A DNA stretch of 64,000 bases from Azolla caroliniana (lineage: Eukaryota > Plantae > Polypodiophyta), in assembly GCA_043228905.1 (NCBI GenBank), contig JBHGNT010000016.1, positions 8,184,001-8,248,000 of the forward strand, in the 5' to 3' direction. The first letter of the stretch is position 1; the number at the start of each line of letters is the position of its first letter. The notes beneath the pieces are model-generated. The model was not told the origin of the DNA and made no database searches. It saw only the letters and a list, made by a program, of their open reading frames with translations. Made by a program: the position numbers and the translations under genes. Below are positions 13,801-25,295 of the stretch, piece by piece.

Positions 13801-16800
13801 CGTCTGGTCCGATTGTCTCGTCCTTATCCTCCACCGGGCATCCTTTGATCGGGATGTCGTCTAAGAATGACATGGTGATGTCTGGGATACAATCCCTTAG
13901 CACTTTGTTCATTGCGTTCACCATGTGGGCTACCCAGTTCGTCCCTCCTTGCGGAAGGGTACACATCCGTACTAGGCCGAGAGGAGTCCGCATTGTCGTA
14001 ATGTCCCTACTCTCCACGGTTAGCTGAAACTGATCGTATCCCGAGTACAGATCACCGACCGAGTACATTGACCTTCCGGCGAAAGCCTCCGCGAACTCGT
14101 CTATGGTCGGTCCTATTCCTGCGTTCCGAATGGTCACCTTGTTGACCGGTTGCAGGTCCTAAATGAAGCGCAACGTGCCATTCTTCTTGGGCATGGTAAA
14201 CCACCGATTAGAATACGGGGCACTCGACGGTTCGAGGATGCCTATATCCACCTTCTGTTTCGGCAGCTCCATCAGCTTCGGGATGTGAGCTCTAGGTACT
14301 GGAATCGGTTTGAGATTCCACGGTACATGCGGTACCGTGAAGATCACCATCGGCTCCACAATCGTCGGGTCTACGCACCCGATCTCCTCCGGCGAGAATG
14401 CGAAGGCCTTTCTGTGCCTCCCGAGCATTCTCCAAAACCAGTCCTCCTCCGCCAGTAATAGAAAGCCACCCCCACCGACCTTGAGCTCTCGTAGCGTTAT
14501 GTCGGTGAACCGGTGTCCTATGCTAGCCGGATCTTGTAAACTTGGGTCCAACGCGACCCCTTTCATCTGTAACTCGATGCCTTCCGGCAAGGGTGCCGCG
14601 ACTGGCCTCACCTTCCGGTCCATAGTCTTGTACTTCGTGTCCACTCGGGCCGTCCGATCCGACTCGAGTCCTCTACGAAAGTCGGCGATGACTTCATACA
14701 TCTTTTCTGAACATACCAGAATCTTCTAGTCTTCACTAAGGCCCTCTCCGAACACGTCCCGTAGCTTCCCCAAGGTGTTGTCGAAAGAGACCGCCTCCAC
14801 GGCTCCGTTGATTTCCTCTCCGGGGCCGAGGACTCCACATGCCCTAAGTCGCTCTTCTGCCCGCTTCTTCTCCCAGCCAACGACGCCGGTTATTGTACAA
14901 CCTCTGCCATCGAAGAACCAAAACTTCCTACCTATGGTACAAGTTTTCTTCCCTATAGTACATATGTGGGGTTTTCTCGGGGTGTCTGGATCGCGGCCCC
15001 ACGCCTTGATAGCCCTTTCTAAAAATACCCTCGGCTTTCACCGCCGAGGGTCTCTCGGTTTCATTCATGGTTTGGTCATACCGTCAGAAATTGGACAGAG
15101 CGACGCCCGTCCTGGCTCTTGACTCGCGAGTATGCTGAACCGTTGTCCAACACCTTCATCTCCATTCGTGCTGCTATGATGTACGGTTCCCCAAGTATCA
15201 CCGGATGCGAGGATGTCTCCTACACAAAGAAGTGTTGATCGATCTCGACATCACCGATTTTCACTCGTACATTCGGGAGGCTCCGTGTAGCTCCCCTGTG
15301 GCATGCATCGCCGCCCGTATTTTCCACCCGTGCTTGGTGTTGATCGGCCACTTGCCCTTCTTGTAAAAGTCCATGGACATCAGGTTGATTTCCGAACCGT
15401 GGTCTACCAACGCCACCACCGGCTCGTGGACATCTTCGATCTTAACGGGGGTCTCTATAGTGGCTCTGGCCCAATGTAGCCTCGAATAGTGGCTTTCTGC
15501 CAACTCGTCTTCTAGGGCCATGTCTTCTAGGTGCGTCATTCGCACCTCCACCGGCTTCTCCGGCTCTAGCTCCGGCTCTGTCGAAAGCCTTTTTCGCTTC
15601 ACCAAGTCTACGATGGAGTCGTGGAACTCCTTCTTGGCGATCCCGAGCACTTCCCTCAGCGACAGTTCCACTTTGTTGTCGTGGATCCGTTCCTCCAGGA
15701 CCTTTTGTAGGTTCGTGGTCCTTTCGATCTCCGTGCTCAACCGGTAACCGGCCTTCTTGGCTTTATCCGGTGCGTCGGGTGCACCGGCGTCATTCTGCCT
15801 CAGCCCGAACTGGGTCTCATACCGTTGTGAGGGTCCAGCCCCTCTGGTTTCTCCCGCACGCTTCTCTTCCATCAGAACCTCGTAGTTCTGACACGGGGCT
15901 TCTACGAAGCCCGTCTTTTTTTCGACCAGGTCACTCCACCCGGTTACCTCCTGGACCCGTCTTTCCACGCGGTCCGCTTCCTCTTTCCTCAATCGTACGT
16001 TGACGAGGCCTTCTAGCATCAACAATTAGAACCCGGAGTCCTTCGTCTTCCGGACTTCGTCGCTCCCGACCCGGATTCCTGCCGACGCCGAGTAGTGGAC
16101 AGTCTTCGCATGGCGAGCTGCCACTTCTTCCATCAGTCGCTTCATTCCCCCTCGTCCGACGTTCTGTTCCAGGGCCCTCCTGGTTTCACTAGCGTGTACC
16201 CGCCTGTTCCACAGGTACACCACGTTAGACCTTATCTCTTCAGCGAAATCCCTGCAGTCCTTCTCGGCGTGACCGACCACGTCGCATCAGAAGCACCGAT
16301 GCCTGGTTGGAGGCCTTTGGTCGCGGGCTTGTTCGCCGCCATCCCTCCATGCCTGTGCAATCTGGAGGTCCCTTACCATCTGAGTCAGCTCCTCCAGAGC
16401 CGCACCTCCGGACGGACCCTTGGCCACGCCGGTCGAAGTCGAGCCCGTCTCGAGCCAATCTTGGGTCTACTCCCTTCGCGCCGGTGGGGGTACCTTGAGC
16501 TTCCTTGCCGCAACAGAGCCTGCCCCCGTCGAGCCTTTATCAACCCATTCTCATCGTTTGTCGAAATGGCCGCAGACTCTCTTCACCACGGCCCAGTCAG
16601 CCGTTAGCCAGTCGGCGGTCTCCAGCAGGAGGCCCACTTGCTCCCGGTCCCTCACGTCCACCGATTTAACGAACAATAGGACACGGCTTGTGTCCAGTAT
16701 GGTTCAGTCCAGCGCCGAAAGACACGCGAAGCGTTCTTCAAACTGCTGGAGGAGCATCGACGCGTTTCTCCCCTTTTCGGGGGTCTCCACCCATTCCATG

Positions 16801-17851
16801 AAGTCTCGCTTCGATAGCCGAAGCGCGTCATCAAGCCTGTATTTCTCAAGGAGCCAACCTTCGAACTCTTCCTAGGTCCAGATCTCAGTCCATACCTCGA
16901 GCACCTCCGCATGGATGCCCGCCCGGCATTGCCACCCGAGGGAATCCAACCAGTCGCCTGTCCTCCAGAATGTCCCTCATCACCATTTCGGCTCAGTAGG
17001 CCTCCAAATAGCTCGTGGCTTCCTTTCCACCGAACTGGCCTATCGTGCCAACGATCGCTTCAATGGCCCTATCGAGGGCGCCTATGCCTTCGCACGCACT
17101 CACTATCCGATCCACAGCTGAAGCCATGGCTTCTGCAAGCTCCGATCCCCTCATCTTTCTATTCCTCTGCCGCCTTTTCACGTCGGGTTCACCAAATATG
17201 TCATGTTATTACACGCATGCGTGTAGAACGAGGTGGGACCACGGGGGTCTTGGACCGAGGAACAAGAGAGAAAGAGGGGAGCAAGAAAGACAACGGTCGT
17301 GCTTCGCACACACACAAATACACAGAAACCGCAACCGATTGAAACAAGATGAATGTGTGTATGTATATATATATATCATATGAAAGGGGTTACAACCGGC
17401 GGGCCGGTGAGCGACAAGCTCTGACGGCGACATGCACACACGCACGAGATGGAAACTCTGTTGGAAGCACTCGGGTGTTCCGCGGAGCAGAGTCAGCCTC
17501 CCGAAAACCTGCACATCACAAATACAGAGAAAGACGGAGAAGAAGAGCTCGCTCCTAGTCCAACAGCACTTCGTCCTTGACCAAAGCGATCTCTTTTACG
17601 ATTCCTCTCCCTCTCTTTTATAGCCCAAGGAGGGAGGCCGTTACAACCCGTTACATCATCTTTATTCTCTGTCCTTTCGGATAGAGATATGCCTCGATTT
17701 CCTACCTATCAAATCTGTGTGACCTAGGATATTCACATCAGCCGACTTGTAGCTAAATATGTACATTACAACAAAACTTGTGCACGCATGTAAGGGCCGG
17801 TTCGCGCACATTATTCTCCCATTCAGCCTAGGGACGGTTTTCTCCACGACA
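10813..17851 (-). mobile_element. Ty3/gypsy element B, full length with disrupted ORFs; LTRs 10813-11463 and 17199-17851; 4-bp TSD ACGT
   Basis: Matching ~650-bp TG...CA LTRs; ACGT at 10809-10812 and 17852-17855 restores host gag FGLRNDV; protease ALVDHGSEINLM, RT FLDD, RNase H, integrase with GPY; PPT TGGGGGCGGA. Confidence 0.93.
17177..17194 (-). promoter_or_regulatory. Primer-binding site complementary to tRNA-Trp 3' end (element B)
   Basis: TGGTGAACCCGACGTGAA, 4 nt inside the 5' LTR, complementary to plant tRNA-Trp ...TTCACGTCGGGTTCACCA. Confidence 0.85.
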
Positions 17852-18353
17852 ACGTAATGATGTCAAGGATTTACTCTTAACTTTCCCCGAAGAGCCAAAG
17901 TCGTTGACAAAAGCAATCAGTCGCATGGTGCGATGCGATAACCGCCTTTTCGAACGACGTTCGAAGAGTCAATTCCAGATGCCGAGGACAAGATCAAAGC
18001 CCACTTACGCCTTAGTTGTAGCAGAACCTTTTCCAAGGGAGTCATATAATGTGTCTCCATCAAATATTCCAACTCCGATGGAAATCGACACCACACGTCG
18101 TCACGGACCATTATCGGAAGAGGAAAAGCAGCGACGCCGAGCAAATCAACTACATATGTCTCTATTGCGTTGGACCAGGGCATATTGCGGTAAACTATCC
18201 CCATAGGCCAAGAAGACGGGTAAACCAAATAGTCGCTAGTTCTAATTGTACTAAACCCGAGTCTATTTCAGTAGGAATATCTGATAGTCCTAATAGTAAT
18301 AATAGCCCAAGACTTTCAAACAAATTTGAAATCCTTAGTCAACTAGAAGAAGA

Positions 18354-18406
18354 GTTAAACGATTAAGTCCAGCCAAAATAGGAGATGTTTGGTTGGACAA
18401 CCCTAG
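18354..18406 (+). promoter_or_regulatory. Putative -1 ribosomal frameshift signal at gag/pol junction (copy A)
   Basis: G_TTA_AAC heptamer, 6-nt spacer, 11-bp stem GTCCAGCCAAA/TTTGGTTGGAC; the -1 frame opens into protease. Confidence 0.7.
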
Positions 18407-21400
18407 ATCTGCGCAACCCATTAGTGTTTCCATTTCCTCTAAGCAAGTTAGCAATGTGTTCTTAGCTCAAGTAATGGTTAGTACTAAAAGTATTCCTCCA
18501 GTACATGTTTGCCCAGCATCAATAGTAGTTATTGATGGTCGTCCCATTGATTCCGGAAAAATTGTAGAAGAGTTAGAGCCAATTCAGGTTGTCCTAGATA
18601 ACTTAGTGTGTGTAGTATCATTTAATATAATTAGTAGTCCAGAACATCCAATTATCTTGGGATTACCATGGTTCGAATTACATAACCCAAACATATATTG
18701 GAGAGCAAGAGAAATCTAGGGATCTACTCATAGGATTGCAACCATTTCGCTACGTCAATTGCGTGTGAAAGGACGCAAGGAAGTAGTGTTTTTCTTCGCA
18801 ATATCAGTAAAACCTTCCGACACCACTAAAGAGGAATCCACAGTTCAACTTCCAAAGAAGCATCGTCATTATGCCAATGTGTTCAATAAGGTACAAGCTA
18901 ATACGCTTCATCACCACCGACCGTATGATTGCCCCATTGATTTACAACCGGGAAAAGAGCCACCATGGGACCCGATCTATAGCTTGTCACCAACCAAGCT
19001 AGAAGTCCTTCGAGCCTATATAGAGGAGAATTTGGCAAACGAGTTTATTCGAAATTCGAAATCTCCAGCCGGCGCACCCATTTTCTTTGTCAAGAAAAAG
19101 GATGGATCACTTCGTCTCGTCGTAGATTATCGTGGCTTGAATAAGGTCACCATCAAGAATAGGTATGCACTCCCCCTTATCTCAAGTCTTTTAGAACAAA
19201 TCAATGGTGCAAGGTTCTTCACAAAGATTGACTTACGAGGAGCATATAACCTCGTACGAATCCGACCAGGAGATGAATGGAAGACCGTGTTTCGCACCAG
19301 ATATGGGCACTTTGAGTATACGGTCATGCCATTCGGTCTCACTAATGCACCAGCAATCTTCCAGCACATGGCAAATGATATATTCCTAGATCTCTTGGAT
19401 GTTTGTTTGATCATCTATTTGGATGATCTACTGGTTTATTCGAAGACTCAAGAAGAGCATGATTCTCATGTACTGTTAGTACTAAAACGGCTTCGAGAAC
19501 ATAGTCTTTATGCAAAACTAGAAAAATGTTGTTTCGAGTGCAACCAGGTGGAATTTTTGGGCTATGTCATCTCCTCAGAAGGTATCTCTATGGATCCAGC
19601 TAAGGTCAAAACTGTGATAGAGTGGTAGACTCCACGTTCATTGCAAGATGTGCAATGCTTTTTAGGCTTTGCCAATTTTTACCGCAAGTTTATACAAGAT
19701 TACTCAAAGCTTATTCTGCCTCTCACACAACTTACCAAGAAGGGACAATCATTTGTTTGGTCTAAATAAGCGGACATGCCTTTTGAGAGTCTTAAGAAGG
19801 CATTGACATCAGCGCCTATTCTAGCTCATGTTGATCCGGAAAAACCTTTCATCATTGAGGTAGACGTGTCGGATTTCGCCTTGGGTAGCATTTTTTCACA
19901 ACAAGACGATGATGAAAACAATATCTTTTGTATTACAATATATAGTCTAATAGTAAGGACTTGACCTGTGTAACATAAGGTCTTGGGTTCGAATCTTGCC
20001 ATATCTTATGGCTTTTCACTCATGCTAATTTGACGTCGTTGAAATCAACTATGAAATTCACGATAAAGAGCTATTAGCAATAGTGGACACTTTTACGCAA
20101 TGGAGGCCATTTTTAGAGGGATCTTTTCATCAAGTCACCGTATTCAATTATCACAAAAATCTTGCCTACTTCTAGAATGCTCGTGTATTAAATCGACGTC
20201 AAGCTTGTCGGGCCCAATTCCTCACTCGCTTCGACTTCAAAATTACATATCGTTCTGGGAAGCAGTAAGGGAAGGTTGACACGTTATCGCGGCGCTCATA
20301 TCTAGCACTGCATCCCGATGAGCCAGCATTCGATAACCAAAAGTAAGTAATCCTGGGACCAGCACGACTGCAATCAACGCGGGTTTTCGATATGCCATTG
20401 GATTCCCACATTATTGATACCATACGTGAGAACTTGAAGACAGATGCTTTCGCTCAAGCCATTCTAGGACAAATTGATCCCTCTCGGGCATCTTGTTCAT
20501 AGTCGCAACAACCAGGTACGGATTATCGAAAATACAAATGTCATGATGGATTACTATTCTTTAAGAAGCTCTTGTATGTTCCTAATGGTTCTTGTCACCT
20601 TCGAGTAGTCCAAAATTGTCATGACACATATACAACTGGGCATTTTGGTAGTACTAAAACGTTAGATTTAGTACAACGATCATTCTGGTGTCCCCATATG
20701 CGACGATTTGTTGAAGATTATGTTCGGACATGTGATACATGTTGCAGAGCAAAGATGCCAAGACATCATCCATATGGTTTATTGGAACCATTACCAATTC
20801 CAAACAAGCCGTGGCAATCCATTGCTCTAGATTTCATCATAGATCTTCTAGTTTCTAAGGGATTCAACGCGATCTTAACAGTAGTAGATCGATATACGAA
20901 GATGGCCCATTTCCTACCATGTACTAAGGAAATCACTAGTGAAGAAACCGCCAAAACTGTCATGCGTGAGGTATGTCGACATCATGGACTCCCCAATAGT
21001 ATCATTAGCGACTGTGGACCCAGTTCATCTCGAAATTCTGGAAGCACCTCTTCAAAATACTCAAGGTCACTTGTAACCTCTCCTCCGGCTACCACCCGCA
21101 AACAGACAAACAAGCAGAACGAACAAATCAAACGTTGGAACACTATCTTTGGTGTTTTTTAAGCTATCACCAAGATGACTGGGCAGATATTCTCCACTTC
21201 GCCAAATTTGCGTATAATAACTCTGTCCACTCATCGACTAAGGTTACACCATTTTATGCTTATACGGGCTATCATCCCCGGTGGTTTGTATTCGAAACTC
21301 CGGAGTTACCCACAAATCCTTGTGCAGAGGATCGTTTGGAGCTGTTACGCAAGATACATGCGGATTTATCTACTCATTTACAACAAGCTCAACAAACACA

Positions 21401-21855
21401 TAAGGATTATGCGGATCGTTATCGGGTTCCATCCCGTTTTAACATTGGAGATCGGGTATGGCTATTACGCCGACACATCAAGACTACTCACCCATGCGAT
21501 AAATTGGATTATCGGGGACTGGGTTCTTTCCCTATTATCGGGAAAAAATAATGATGTCGCTTTTTGTCTCGATCTACCTCCTCAACTATGGATACATCCG
21601 ATATTTCATAGTTCTCTTCTAGAACCCTATCAGGAGAACACTATCCCAGGTCGTATCAAACCACCTCCACCTCCGATCGAGCTTGAAGATGGACCTAAGT
21701 ACGAGGTTGCCGCCATCTTCAGGAGTACTCCTGAAAACACTATAAAAGGAGGCACAAGGCATTATTTCGAACCAAATCGATTCAACGCCGGTCTTAAGCC
21801 TCATAGCTATTCTTGTACTTACTCTTCATATAATATAATATATCTGTTGTTATCA

Positions 21856-21907
<52 letters not shown>

Positions 21908-24900
21908 TCTCTCGTGAGTTCTACGCTCTTTTTTCTCTCTTAGTACTAATTCGCATCTTTTAGTACTAATTCCCTCTCTCTCTTAGTATTGTTTCTGCCA
22001 GCTTGGACGCGCTCTCGGATGAAGTGATAGTGTACTTCGATATGCTTCGTGGGCACATGGAATATGGGGTTTTGGGCCAGATGAATATTGCTCATGTTGT
22101 TGCAGTACATAAGAATCAGATCCTTGATGGGAACGCCAAGATCCTTCAAAATTCTTTTTAGCCACACGGCTTCACATGCAACGACGATCGCTCCCATGTA
22201 TTCAGCTTCTATGCTCGATTGTGCGACCGTCGATTGCTTCTTATTGCTCCATGAGATGGCTCCATTGTCGAGGGAGAAGACGAATCCTCTTGTTGATCGT
22301 CCGTCGGATTTATAGCCGGCCCAATCGGCATATGTGTACCCTTCGAGTCAAATGATCGTGACCAACTTATATAGGATACCGAAATCCATCGTGCCATGGA
22401 CATACCTAAGTACTCTCTTATCGCAATCGAGATGAACATTTCGAGGGTTCTACATGAATTGGCTAAGTAGACCGACCAAATAGCTAAGGTCGGGTCATGT
22501 GATGGTTAGATAGATTAAGTTGTCGATTAGTTGATAATACTGAGTTGGCTCACACTCTTCTGTTCCCGAGTTGGCATCGAGCTTAAGGTTGCGATCGAGG
22601 GGGCTTGAAACAGGTTTGCACTCAGTCATTCCGAACTTGTAGAGTAAGTTGAGAATGTAGTGCCGTTGGGAGATTAGTATCCCGACTAGTGTCCGAATTA
22701 CTTCGATACTGAGGAAGTAATGGAGCTCGTGCATATCTTTCATTTCGAATCTGCTGAATAGGAGTGATTTGACCTAATTGATGTCAGTTAGATTTTTTCC
22801 TTTGATGACCAGATCATCTACATAAAGGATGATGACAATCGGGTTGTCCGACTTGCTTTTGATCTAGAGGCAATTATCTGATTTTGACATTCGGAAGCCG
22901 ATTTGATGAAGATATTGGGTGTCCTTCAAGTGCCAGGCACACGGTGCTTGTTTGAGTCCATATAATGGCTTCTTGAGTCGGCAAACTGCAGTCGGATGCT
23001 TGGTTGATTCAAAATGAGGGGGTTGAATCATGAAAACCTCCTCTTCTAACTCACCTTGAAGAAAGGCGTCCTTTACATCCATTTGATGGAGGTGTCAGCC
23101 TTTAGCAGTTGCGAGAGCAATGACTGTCCGAATAGTTGACATTTTTGCCATCGGGGCAAAGGTCTCCTCATAATTGACTCCGTGTGTTTGAGCATATCCC
23201 TTAACTATGAGTCGTGCCTTGTAACGATTGATCGAGCCATCGACATTATATTTGACCTTGTAGATCCACCTCGAGTTGATCGCTTTCTTGCGTGTAGAGC
23301 GGGGAATGAGATCCCTTGTCTCGTTTTTGCAAAGTGTCTGCATTTCCTCATTCATGACTTTGACCCATCGTGGATCCTTGGCTGCTTCGGAAAAAGTTCT
23401 TGGTTCTTGGATAGACGTCACCTTCATCATAAAGGCATAATTATATGCTATATAGTCATCATAACCATATCGGCTGATCGGGTTTTTCTCTCGGGTGGAA
23501 CGACAAAGGTTCTCATTTGCAGCACCTATGGCTTTCTTAACTCCATTTGTCAGGATAATCGGGACATCAAGGCCTTCAAACTCACTATCGAGGGAGTGAG
23601 TAGACTCGTTGTCGACTGGATCTTCGTATTCCGGCATTTTGGCCTTTCCTTTGTCCAACTTTAGACTCGGCCGAGATGTGCTTTGATCGCTCAACGACTC
23701 TTGAGGTCCACTATGTCTGGTCGTTATTGGACTTTCTTCAAACATGTGTTGAAATCAATCTTCGTCTTTGATCTCTTGGTCGGCCAAGTTTAGGTCAACT
23801 GGGGTTGGCGTCGGAGTTGTCTCTGGTTCATACAAGGATGTCGATTCGTCAAAGACGACATCACAACTCACTCAAACTTTTCGAGTAGATGGGTTATAAC
23901 ATTTGTACCCCTTTTGTTCAAGTGAGTACCCTACGAGGATACATTTCTCCGATTTGGGGTTCGAGCTTTTGTCGTTTCTCGGCAGGAATATATACATAAG
24001 CGATTGAGCCGAATATCTTGACGTGGGATAAATCTGGCTTCTTTCCGAAGAACTTCTCGTGGGGTGTGACATCGTGTACCCAGAGGTTGTACAACTGTTC
24101 ATGAGGTAAACATCTGTGCTAGCCGCTTCTGCCCAGTACGACTTTGGCAGGTTCTTCTCGTTCATCATTGCCCATGCTACCTCTACTATGTGCCAATTCT
24201 TTCGTTTGGCTACTCCATTTTGTTGAGGTGTGTGTCGGCACGAGAATTCTCGTTGAATTCCTTCATTTTGGAGATAAGTTGTAATTTCGTCCGAGAAGTA
24301 CTCCTTGCCTTTGTCCGATCGAAGGCATCAAACATGCCGACCTGTTGCCTTTTCGACTTTGTTTTTGAATTTTTGGAAGTGGCCAAACACCTTGCTCTTT
24401 AGCCACATAGGGTAGATCCAGGTGTGCCTGGAGAAGTCATCGATGAACGTTGTTGTGAAGATTCTGGGCTACGGTGAGAAACCGGGAGATATTGGAGGAA
24501 TCGGCAAGGTGCACCATGTGCACCCACTCTTGTAGAACTTGTATAGGGAATAGGGGCGCCTTTATGGCGCCGAACGGAAATAAAGTCGGGACGAAGGATC
24601 CCATGTATCACGGGATTTATCCCACATAGTCACGCGACCCTCACCTTGTTCTATAAAAGGGAGGGCGCGCTTCTTGTACAGGGGTTCCCACCCGCTGGGT
24701 CCCAAACAATTTTGCTCTTTACTTAGGGGTTCCACGGAGTTCCCTCTACGGGCTCTGTGTTCTTTGTATTACAGTATTAGTCTGTCTCTTTCTCGTAGTG
24801 TCAGTTTTTGTTTTCGTTTCCATCTGTGTATCTCCATTCCTATCTCTGTTAGGGTTTTGGGTGTTGGTGTTCTTTGTTAGGGTTAGGGCGTGAGTTCGTC

Positions 24901-25295
24901 TATGGACGTGAGTGAGTGAGCGCAGCCAGGGCGGCAGACATCGCACGCACTATCTTTGGTTTCTTGTAGGTTTCTTGTGGGTTTCTGTGGCGTTTCGGTG
25001 TGTGTGGGTGTGCGGTGGTGGTGTTGGTTCCCGTTGGTCGCGTCGAGCCCGTGTGTCGGGCAATCCGTTGGCAAGTCTCTCTCCTTGTTGCGCAAGACCC
25101 TTCTCGTACCGGTTAGCCCGTGCGCTTCCGGCAGGCGGCTTGGCGACAGGAGGCGGTCGTTCTGGGAGGAGGCATGCCCTGCCCAAGGATCCCGTTGTGC
25201 GAATGAGCCCTGGTGCTCCCGATCGATCCTGGGATGCAGGCTCCCTCTTCCTCTCTGTGTGAAGCCGGCGCGGTAACGAGCAATGTGTACATATA

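Larger units (their letters stand above)
9658..22000 (+). mobile_element. Ty3/gypsy chromovirus (Tcn1-like) copy A, degenerate; 5' LTR 9658-10109, truncated 3' LTR 21717-22000
   Basis: gag (PMKFDGTRSQFRGF), protease, RT (YLDD), RNase H, integrase and start of chromodomain; same family as 33284-38880; interrupted by element B; no TSD. Confidence 0.9.

Noticed and set aside
11495-17623. Numerous plus-strand ORFs over element B
   Set aside because: Antisense shadows of GC-rich gag-pol sequence.
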